DNA of 32,000 nucleotides from Nitrosococcus oceani ATCC 19707 (GTDB lineage: Bacteria; Pseudomonadota; Gammaproteobacteria; Nitrosococcales; Nitrosococcaceae), in NCBI RefSeq assembly GCF_000012805.1, contig NC_007484.1, forward strand, positions 120,001-152,000, in the 5' to 3' direction. How positions within the stretch are numbered: position 1 is the first letter of the stretch; each line of letters starts with the position of its first letter. The notes below the pieces were generated by a model that searched no databases, was not told the origin of the DNA, and was given only the letters and a program-made list of their open reading frames with translations. This document shows, piece by piece, positions 19,364-26,173 of this stretch. The position numbers were made by a program, and so were the translations under genes.

Positions 19364-20977
19364 TTATTGTGGAAGTTTAAATCCGGCTACTGATTCGCGC
19401 ATTTCATTTGCGTATTCAGAGAGGCGGCCTATGGATGAAGCGGTCTCATTAGTGCCTTTGGAGGTTTGATCGGTAATTTCTTGTATAACATTCATGGTAT
19501 CGGAGATTCCTGCCGCCGCCGCCGCCTGTTGTTTCGCCGCACCGGAGATGTTTTGAATGAGTTCTGCCAGATGGTGGGATACGCTTTCAATCTGGCCAAG
19601 GGCTCCTCCCGCATCTTGGGATAGTTTAGCGCCGGAAACCACTCCAGAAGTACTTTCTTCCATTGAGATAATAGCCTCATGAGTGTCGCTTTGAATGGTT
19701 TTTACGAGGGCATCAATTTGTTTAGTAGCGCTACTAGAACGCTCTGCTAAGCGCTGAACTTCATCGGCTACCACAGCAAAACCCCGTCCAGCTTCTCCAG
19801 CCATTGCCGCTTGAATAGCCGCGTTTAGAGACAAAATATTGGTCTGCTCAGCAATATCGTTGATGAGCTCCACAATTTCGCCAATTTGCTGAGAGCTTTC
19901 TCCTAGTCTTTTAATTCTTTTAGATGTTTCTTGAATCTGTTCACGGATATTGTCCATTCCTTCAATGGCGTTTTTCACCGTTTCAGTGCCCTTGCTTGCG
20001 ATTTCTACTGATTGCTTAGCCACCTCCGCTGACTTGGTTGCATTGTCTGAAACCTGTTCAATGGAAACCGCCATTTCATTAATGGCCGCACCTACTGTTG
20101 TGATTTGCTGAGCCTGATGCTCGCTTGCATCAGCTAAGTGCATAACCGTGGCTTGTGTTTCCTGAGCTGAACTAGACACTTTGATGGCGGTATCGTTGAT
20201 ATCTTGTACTAGGGTACGTAAGGCATCAATAGTATAGTTGATGGAATCTGCAATGGCCCCCGTAATGTCCTCAGTTACAGTTGCACTAACAGTAAGATCG
20301 CCATCAGCTAAATCGCCCATTTCGTCTAATAATTTTAAAATTGCATCTTGGTTATGAGAATTTTTTATTTCTAGCCCATTAAATTTTTGGCGTAATGTTT
20401 TTACAGGACGAGTAAATAATATTAATAACAGGATAAGAGCGCCTATTCCGGTAACGTAGCTGGCAACTAAGATAATTTGCAGCTGGTTTCGTGTGTTTTG
20501 ATAGGATTCTAGTAAACCGGTGATTATATGGAAAAGATCATCACTATGTTCAAATAAATTAGATATATTACTTTTTTGGGGAGTATTCAAAGTGTCTATA
20601 AGATCCTTTTTTAATTGGGACCAGATAGACTGTATTTTTTGCCGCGATTCTTCTATGGTGGCAGCTGTGGAAGGTGTATGTAGTTTATTATTATAGAGTT
20701 CTTCTAGCTTTTTATCAAAAGCAGAAATACCTTCATTTATCTTTTCTTTCTTGGTTTTATTGTTTGAGATCATAGAGAGAATAAAGATAGGAAATCGCTG
20801 CGTTAAGACTCGCAGATCTGATCCTAGCTTTATATCAGCATTAAGCTTATTTATTTGCCATGTAGCGTAGCTGATACCAGCAGTTGTGGTAAAGACTAGT
20901 AGTACTGTAATTACCGTCAGAAGCAAATGCTTTTTTACGGTTAATATAGAGAGGTAAATATGATTTTGGATATTCAT
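19364..20977 (-). CDS. pilJ: methyl-accepting chemotaxis protein PilJ
   Basis: The N-terminal TM helix is followed by a periplasmic helical region, a second TM helix and an HAMP domain. The highly conserved MCP signalling domain then follows (...[40 protein letters not shown]...). I chose the start at the ATG at 20977 (MNIQNH..., GGAG 8-9 nt upstream). The track ORF extends to 21037. Confidence 0.9.
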   Translation of the reverse strand: MNIQNHIYLSILTVKKHLLLTVITVLLVFTTTAGISYATWQINKLNADIKLGSDLRVLTQRFPIFILSMISNNKTKKEKINEGISAFDKKLEELYNNKLHTPSTAATIEESRQKIQSIWSQLKKDLIDTLNTPQKSNISNLFEHSDDLFHIITGLLESYQNTRNQLQIILVASYVTGIGALILLLILFTRPVKTLRQKFNGLEIKNSHNQDAILKLLDEMGDLADGDLTVSATVTEDITGAIADSINYTIDALRTLVQDINDTAIKVSSSAQETQATVMHLADASEHQAQQITTVGAAINEMAVSIEQVSDNATKSAEVAKQSVEIASKGTETVKNAIEGMDNIREQIQETSKRIKRLGESSQQIGEIVELINDIAEQTNILSLNAAIQAAMAGEAGRGFAVVADEVQRLAERSSSATKQIDALVKTIQSDTHEAIISMEESTSGVVSGAKLSQDAGGALGQIESVSHHLAELIQNISGAAKQQAAAAAGISDTMNVIQEITDQTSKGTNETASSIGRLSEYANEMRESVAGFKLPQ

Positions 20978-21068
20978 TTGATTTTCTCCAGAACGGCGAT
21001 CTAGTTTAATTTTGCTATAATTAGAATTTATTTCCATTGCTTTAATTAAGCTCTCTGGGTCTCTTAAT

Positions 21069-21605
21069 CTAGGTGGTTGCTAGGAAAAAACTCTCTTGTT
21101 CCATAAGCAGATGAAAATCAAATTCCAGCCATATTTCTCTGTTCTGAGCAAATCCTCTTTGAATATAGCGAGTAAGAGGATCATGCGATGGAAGATTCTG
21201 CCCAGTCCATTCTTCGTCTAAAAAATGCTTGAGTCCGAAAACTTCTTCTACCAACAAACCTATAAGAAATTTTTCCTTGGTGACAACTAAAACTTTGCTT
21301 CTATGAGTCCGCTGTGATGGAGCACCATAGATATAGGCATGCAGATCTATAAGGGGCAATATATAGCCGCGGATATTTGCTACTCCCACTACCCAAGGCT
21401 TAGCGCCAGGAACTCTGGTTATCGCAGGACAAGGAAAAACCTCATATACTTGAGTAAGTAGAGCAGCTAGCTTTTGGTTACCAAGAAGAAAACCAAGATT
21501 CGTCCATACCTGACGGATAGCGGTTTGCTGTGGTAAAGCAGCCCCATGCTGACGGTTTTGAGCTTCGATATTGCGAAGTATGGAAAAAGGGTTGTTCTTG
21601 TCCAT
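21069..21605 (-). CDS. pilI: CheW-like coupling protein PilI
   Basis: 178 aa with a CheW-fold pattern ([27 protein letters not shown]...VLVV...[14 protein letters not shown]). It sits between pilH and pilJ. Confidence 0.85.
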   Translation of the reverse strand: MDKNNPFSILRNIEAQNRQHGAALPQQTAIRQVWTNLGFLLGNQKLAALLTQVYEVFPCPAITRVPGAKPWVVGVANIRGYILPLIDLHAYIYGAPSQRTHRSKVLVVTKEKFLIGLLVEEVFGLKHFLDEEWTGQNLPSHDPLTRYIQRGFAQNREIWLEFDFHLLMEQESFFLATT

Positions 21606-21616
21606 GCTATGGTTAC

Positions 21617-21982
21617 TTAGGGGTTTATTAGCATATTAATTTTATTAAATAGTTCTTCCTTGCTGACTGGTTTAGATAAATAACCCTTAGCCCCTTGGCG
21701 TAGACCCCAAACTCGATCCGTTTCCTGATTTTTTGCTGATATAATTATTACGGGTATTCCAGCAGTTTCTGGATCACGCTTTAGCTTCCTTGTAGCTTGG
21801 AAACCGTTAACCTGTGGCATTACAACATCCATTAATATCAAATCAGGCTTTAAGGCTTTGGCTTTGGTCAGGCCTTCTAAGCCATTATTAGCAAAGGAAA
21901 CGGTAAACCCTTTTTTTTCTAGCATTATCCTAAATGCATGGCTTTCTGTTGAGGAATCATCAACTACTAAGATATGTGTCAT
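21617..21982 (-). CDS. pilH: single-domain response regulator PilH
   Basis: MTHILVVDDSSTE...PDLILMDVVMPQVNGFQATRKLK...IPVIIISAKNQETDRVWGLRQGAKGYLSKP closely resembles P. aeruginosa PilH. I chose the start at the ATG at 21982 (AGGAG 6 nt upstream). The longer track ORF, to 22093, would overlap pilG. Confidence 0.9.
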   Translation of the reverse strand: MTHILVVDDSSTESHAFRIMLEKKGFTVSFANNGLEGLTKAKALKPDLILMDVVMPQVNGFQATRKLKRDPETAGIPVIIISAKNQETDRVWGLRQGAKGYLSKPVSKEELFNKINMLINP

Positions 21983-22061
21983 GGGGTGCTCCTGCATTTG
22001 GAAGGTTTTGGTTAATGCTAATTCTATTTTTAGCCAGATATTAGTAGCTAATGTAAAAAAA

Positions 22062-22460
22062 TCATGAGTGATTGCAGTGGTTTGAAATAGCACCTAAGAG
22101 TTCTTCACGAGTAAAAGGCTTTGTTAGATATTGGTCGCAACCGGCGATGCGGCCACGTGCCCGGTCAAATAAACCATCCTTGCTAGAGAGCATAATAATT
22201 GGAGTTTTTTTTAATGCGGTGTTGTTCTTTATCAAGGCACAGGTTTGATACCCATCTAGCCTTGGCATCATAATATCTATAAATATGATGTCTGGATGAT
22301 GCTGGTTTATTTTGGGAAGAGCCTCGAATCCATCTTCTGCTGTTACTACTTTACAGCCAGATTTTTTAAGTAAAGTTTCTGCCGTTCTTCGAATAGTCTT
22401 ACTATCGTCAATGACCATAACTTTAAGACCATTGAATTCGAGATTTCCCGCATTACTCAC
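22062..22460 (-). CDS. pilG: single-domain response regulator PilG
   Basis: ...GLKVMVIDDSKTIRRTAETLLKK.GC.V.TA.DGF.AL.KI....P.IIF.DIMMPRLDGYQTCALIKNN...K.TP.IMLSSKDGLFD.A.GRI.G.DQYLTKPF..EELLGAI is near-identical in pattern to Pseudomonas PilG. The start is a GTG at 22460, with GGGAGA upstream. Confidence 0.95.
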   Translation of the reverse strand: MSNAGNLEFNGLKVMVIDDSKTIRRTAETLLKKSGCKVVTAEDGFEALPKINQHHPDIIFIDIMMPRLDGYQTCALIKNNTALKKTPIIMLSSKDGLFDRARGRIAGCDQYLTKPFTREELLGAISNHCNHS

Positions 22461-22905
22461 AGCAGATATCTCCCATCTTTAATCATGTTCCATTTAAACA
22501 ATAAACTACTTGTTGAAAAACAATCACTTATTAAAACCATAAAACTGCTTGTTCTGTGAGGGATAATGCTAGACGTATTGCTTGGTCTTTGTGCCTATGT
22601 AACCCTTATCCTTGTACAAAAATTGCTAGAACATTAATCGACAGTTAGCCCTTATCCTTTAATGTTGAGTCCCGATGATCATGAATAATTTGGGTAAGGG
22701 CATGTGACCAGGTTCGGCCTTGAAAATTAAGATTTATAATTTCTTTCCGCTATTTAGATCAGAGGCATATTTGTCTTTAAGTAAGATCCGCATGATGATA
22801 AGTATAAGTAGGAGTATGATTATTAAAGATAAAAAAATTGCTAGAATTTTTATCTAGCAGATAGCATGGCAACCTCAAGGCTTACAAGCGCATGTACAGC
22901 AAATA

Positions 22906-22920
22906 TTGTTGAATTTGTTG
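22906..22920. promoter_or_regulatory. imperfect palindrome CAGCAA-ATA-TTGTTG (copy 1 of the GCAAATATTG motif)
   Basis: It shares the 10-mer GCAAATATTG with the perfect palindrome at 23222-23236. Both lie in the pilG / 23391-gene divergent spacer. Confidence 0.2.
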
Positions 22921-23131
22921 TATAGAGAAGAATCCCATTGCTATGGATCCCTGCTGGATTTCTTTATTGCCTTGGATAAGAAGGATCACCCATTACGGCA
23001 ACGTATGCTGCTCCCGGCATAGCTTATATGCTTACCACGGAACCAAGGAAAGCGTTATGGGAAAAACTAGGTCGAGAGATGAGGGGGGTCAGTATTATAC
23101 CGAGGGCGTCTGAAGCAGTATTGAGCGAAGC

Positions 23132-23147
23132 TGTGACAGGGAGCACA
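23132..23147. promoter_or_regulatory. CRP/Vfr-like site TGTGA-N6-GCACA
   Basis: TGTGACAGGGAGCACA has one mismatch to the TGTGA-N6-TCACA half-site arrangement. It lies 244 nt upstream of the ATG at 23391. Confidence 0.2.
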
Positions 23148-23221
23148 GATTTAGTATGCCGAAAAAGTATTCTCAGTGTAACAATTAGCTAAGTTTATTG
23201 GAACAGTTATGTCTATGGGAT

Positions 23222-23236
23222 CCTGCAAATATTGCA
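23222..23236. promoter_or_regulatory. perfect palindrome CTGCAA-ATA-TTGCAG, a candidate operator
   Basis: A 6-bp inverted repeat with a 3-nt spacer, about 155 nt upstream of the ATG at 23391. It immediately follows a CTATGGGATCC motif that also occurs, as CTATGGATCC, at 22941. Confidence 0.25.
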
Positions 23237-23390
23237 GTGGCAGAAGTATATTAAAAACGTAGCTGCGATCAGTGGGCATTGAGGAAAATAGGTCAGTGTC
23301 TTGGAAAGCAAGGATTGATACTACTATCACCGTGGAAAATATTAATAGAACAGTTAGAACGAGGTATTTAGAAAAGATTTTGGTATACCT

Positions 23391-24590
23391 ATGGTAAATT
23401 CAAACTTGGTTCCCTTACGTGTAGCTACTTTTGGTGTAGGTCAACATGTAAGAAAGCTATTAGAGATGGCGTTTTCGGGGCCTGGCAAGGGAAACTATCT
23501 TTTAGTAGAGGAAACCTCTGCTGAAGCAGGTATTCTTGATTTGGACGGCCCTAGCTGGAAGATGGTATGGAATGATTATAGATCTCGTTTCCCTAAACGC
23601 CCAGCCCTTATCATGTCCATGCGCCCCGCTGTTTTTCAGGACTCTTTGGTTATCCCCAAGCCAGTGAGGTTAGAGACTTTATTAGCGGCTTTGGAAAAAC
23701 TTAGAGCAAATTGTAGATGCGGAGGGAAAGCGCCGAGGTCATCTCCGCAGCAACCGTTAAAATCGCGCCATGGGGCTGGAGCATCCAAGTCTTTTCAGAT
23801 TCCTTCCTCTTCTATAAAAGCTGCTAACAGCACAGCGTATCAACCTTTTATTTTTGGCGCCGCAGAAGCGATGGAGAGAGGGACGATTCAGGAATACTGC
23901 GGTAATGCGCCTGATCGCGATGTTACCGATCCTATTCAATTGGAAAAAATTTATTATGATCCTCACCGTTATTTTCAAGGCTATCTCCATAATGCGCTTA
24001 TCAAAGCCCAAGCTATAGGCGGCGCTCGCATTACCAGTGGTTGGGGTGAAGTCATTGTTTTATCTGAAGTCAACCAGGCCATGCTTAGACTGAGTGATAG
24101 ACAGCTCCGGCCGCTATGTGTGATGCCATTGGCTAAAGCGAATGTTGATATCAGCGCGCTTGCTCCACAAGAGGTGGAGGCATTGTACTCCCAGGTTGTT
24201 TATTCAGACTCATGGCAGTCTCTGCATCCCTTGCTATGGAAAGTCGCTTTGTGGACTTCGCGGGGGCGGATTCCCTTGGGTGTGCCTCTTGATCGCCCCG
24301 TATGCCTCAAACACTGGCCTAACCTTACCCGGTTATTGCTCACACCCCACGCGATGCGTATTGCTGCTCTCTGGGCGGTGCAGCCTTGCTCTTTAATGGG
24401 AACCGTCGCTACCTTGCAGATACCCCAACGTTATGTTTTTGCTTTCTTTAGCGCCCTCCATAGCGTGGGGTTGGTAGAACTAGAGCAGATTACAGTAAAG
24501 AAAGTGCCTTCATCAATCCCAGCCTCTCACCATCAAGGTATCCTGGGCAGAGTTTTGAATCGATTACGTAAGGCTAGCCCTCCTCTATGA
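23391..24590 (+). CDS. receiver-like (pseudo-REC) domain protein with a Ser/Pro-rich linker and a large C-terminal domain ending in a DUF742/wHTH-like segment
   Basis: 399 aa, and 23391 is the only possible start because an in-frame TAG lies at 23355-23357. Residues 8-105 follow the beta-alpha pattern of a receiver (LRVATFGVG / GILDLDG / ALIMSM / VIPKPVRLETLLAALEKL). The linker is CGGKAPRSSPQQPLKSRHGAGASKSFQIPSSS. The C-terminal ...LTPHAMRIAALWAVQPCSLMGTVATLQIPQRYVFAFFSALHSVGLVELE resembles the HTH of CvnC/DUF742 proteins. The codon usage and GC content are host-like. Confidence 0.7.
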   Translation: MVNSNLVPLRVATFGVGQHVRKLLEMAFSGPGKGNYLLVEETSAEAGILDLDGPSWKMVWNDYRSRFPKRPALIMSMRPAVFQDSLVIPKPVRLETLLAALEKLRANCRCGGKAPRSSPQQPLKSRHGAGASKSFQIPSSSIKAANSTAYQPFIFGAAEAMERGTIQEYCGNAPDRDVTDPIQLEKIYYDPHRYFQGYLHNALIKAQAIGGARITSGWGEVIVLSEVNQAMLRLSDRQLRPLCVMPLAKANVDISALAPQEVEALYSQVVYSDSWQSLHPLLWKVALWTSRGRIPLGVPLDRPVCLKHWPNLTRLLLTPHAMRIAALWAVQPCSLMGTVATLQIPQRYVFAFFSALHSVGLVELEQITVKKVPSSIPASHHQGILGRVLNRLRKASPPL

Positions 24591-24629
24591 TAGTTTCAGG
24601 ATTGAAATCTATAAATTTCATGAAGTTTA

Positions 24630-25175
24630 ATGGCAAATCATAAGCTTATATTTACTGGTCCCGTAGGGGTTGGTAAAACAACAGCTATTAGCATGCTTAG
24701 CGATATTCCCACCGTCAGCACAGACGAGACGGCTAGCGATATGACACGGCGAAAAAAGCCTCGGACTACTGTAGCCATGGACTACGGGCTGATGAATGTG
24801 TCGGAAACGGAACGGGTTCATCTCTATGGTACACCTGGCCAAGAGCGATTTGACTTTATGTGGGATATTTTGACTGAAGGGGGAATTGGGTTGGTCTTGC
24901 TGTTAGATAATAGCCGTACTAATCCTCTTCAGGATATGCATTTTTTTCTTGGCGCTTTTCGAGGATTCATTAATCGTACGGGTGTGGCAATCGGAGTATC
25001 GCGAATGGATTTGCACTCCCAGCCAAAAATCAGTGATTATTATCAACAGCTGCAAGGGTTTGCTAAGAAACCGCCTATCCTTGAAGTAGATGCTCGTAAC
25101 CGCAGGGATGTTTCCTTGTTAATACAGACATTGCTTTATTCCTTAGATCCAGGATTGGCCAATTCAGATGGGTAG
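24630..25175 (+). CDS. small Ras-like GTPase of the MglA / CvnD ('ATP/GTP-binding protein') type
   Basis: 181 aa. It has the P-loop GPVGVGKTT (nt 24657-24683), a switch-I Thr in PRTTVAMDYG, and switch II LYGTPGQERFDFMWDIL. The G4-like motif is GVSRMD and the G5-like motif is EVDARN. Confidence 0.85.
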   Translation: MANHKLIFTGPVGVGKTTAISMLSDIPTVSTDETASDMTRRKKPRTTVAMDYGLMNVSETERVHLYGTPGQERFDFMWDILTEGGIGLVLLLDNSRTNPLQDMHFFLGAFRGFINRTGVAIGVSRMDLHSQPKISDYYQQLQGFAKKPPILEVDARNRRDVSLLIQTLLYSLDPGLANSDG

Positions 25176-25797
25176 TTACCAAATTATTCCCAATCAATAT
25201 GTACTACCAACGCCAGGGGGTGCCTATTACGCTATTTCGAGCCCCGTGGTGGAGCCTGCCCGGGAGCTATTGTTTCGAGTGTTTCAAGAAAGCAATACGC
25301 CTCCGCTAACCGCCGAGAAAGTGCAAGCCTGGGGAGAAGATGGAGCCGTGACTTTAGAGTTGATTTTTCGGATGCAATCCTTGGCCTGGTTGCAAGGTAT
25401 ACCGCTTTCCCGTGAAGCTCCGGCGGGGTCGTTAGAAGGTGTCTTGCCGAATTTACTGGCTAAATTGTCTGGCAGTGGGAAGGCGCTGCTTTCCGATGAT
25501 CAGGGATTTTATCTTGCGACTCATGGTTATGGGCACGAGACTGCTGAAGAATTATCAGCCTTGAGTGCTGATCTAAGTGCTTTGCATGAGCGGCACAAGG
25601 GCTTATTACAAGAGCATTTAAAGCTACGCTCAAGGGGTTGGGGGTTGGTGGGCGCTGCCGGGACTAGTCAGGTAGGATTTTGGCCCCTTTATATGGGAAA
25701 GCAGCACTTTATGTTAGTTATTGGGGATTGCCCCCGTTTTAATCAACCGGCATTTACTGAGCTTATTTGGCTATTAGCGCGGCGTTATTCTCACTAA
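25168..25797 (+). CDS. Roadblock/LC7-like (MglB/CvnB-like) protein with an about 90-aa N-terminal extension
   Basis: 209 aa, and its start overlaps the GTPase stop by 8 nt (ATGGGTAG). Residues ~95-205 (LPNLLAKLSGSGKALLSDDQGFYLATHGYGHETAEELSALSADLSAL...GWGLVGAAGTSQVGFWPLYMGKQHFMLVIGD...) fit the Roadblock alpha-beta-alpha pattern. This assignment rests on pattern recognition only. Confidence 0.65.
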   Translation: MGSYQIIPNQYVLPTPGGAYYAISSPVVEPARELLFRVFQESNTPPLTAEKVQAWGEDGAVTLELIFRMQSLAWLQGIPLSREAPAGSLEGVLPNLLAKLSGSGKALLSDDQGFYLATHGYGHETAEELSALSADLSALHERHKGLLQEHLKLRSRGWGLVGAAGTSQVGFWPLYMGKQHFMLVIGDCPRFNQPAFTELIWLLARRYSH

Positions 25798-26173
25798 CGT
25801 GGATAATATTATTGAGGAAGTTATAATCCGTAGTGCGTTGGCCTAGAGCATTAGGGTATCGAGGTTTGTTTATACCATTATCCTAGAAGAAAGCGTGTCG
25901 CCGTATCCACCGCAATTTCACTATTTTTATTTTCTCCCGCCTCTTCACTCTCAATTTGTTGCACCATAACATCAATGCCTGCTACAGCCTTGACAGGTTA
26001 TTGCTGTATAACGGAGTCTGTGGACATTGAATAGCCCTCTTTCTGAAGGAAGGCCAATGGTTATGTTATTAAACTCACCCGCGCTAAACAGAAAGCGCCG
26101 GAAGGGATAGTCATGCTGCACAACTCCCTATCTTTTCCGGCAGGTAATTACTGGGATTTTCCGCGAACCGCCG

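Noticed and set aside
21983-22093. N-terminal 37-codon extension of the pilH track ORF
   Set aside because: The extension would overlap the 3' end of pilG by 32 nt and adds non-receiver sequence. The ATG at 21982 has an AGGAG RBS and gives the canonical MTHILVVDDS receiver start.
22867-22885. TGGCAA...GGCTT resembling a sigma-54 -24/-12 element
   Set aside because: The spacing between the GG and GC dinucleotides does not fit the GG-N10-GC rule, and the -12 TTGC element is absent.
23028-23192. 54-aa plus-strand ORF (MLTTEPRKALWEKLGREMRGVSIIP...) in the long spacer
   Set aside because: It has no Shine-Dalgarno sequence and no recognisable motif, and it is flanked by stops in a region where every frame is broken. 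It may be a gene relic, but it is not supportable as a CDS.
24627-24842. 71-aa minus-strand ORF antisense to the GTPase gene
   Set aside because: It overlaps the P-loop-encoding region of a well-supported CDS and has no features of its own.
25798-26173. 376-nt gap upstream of glnE, with a short minus-strand frame (..KAVAGIDVMVQQIESEEAGENKNSEIAVDTATRFLLG*) and a 28-codon plus-strand ORF starting at 26113
   Set aside because: The frames are too short, lack start signals and have no recognisable family. The gap is treated as the glnE promoter/leader region, possibly with a gene relic, which cannot be supported without a database search.
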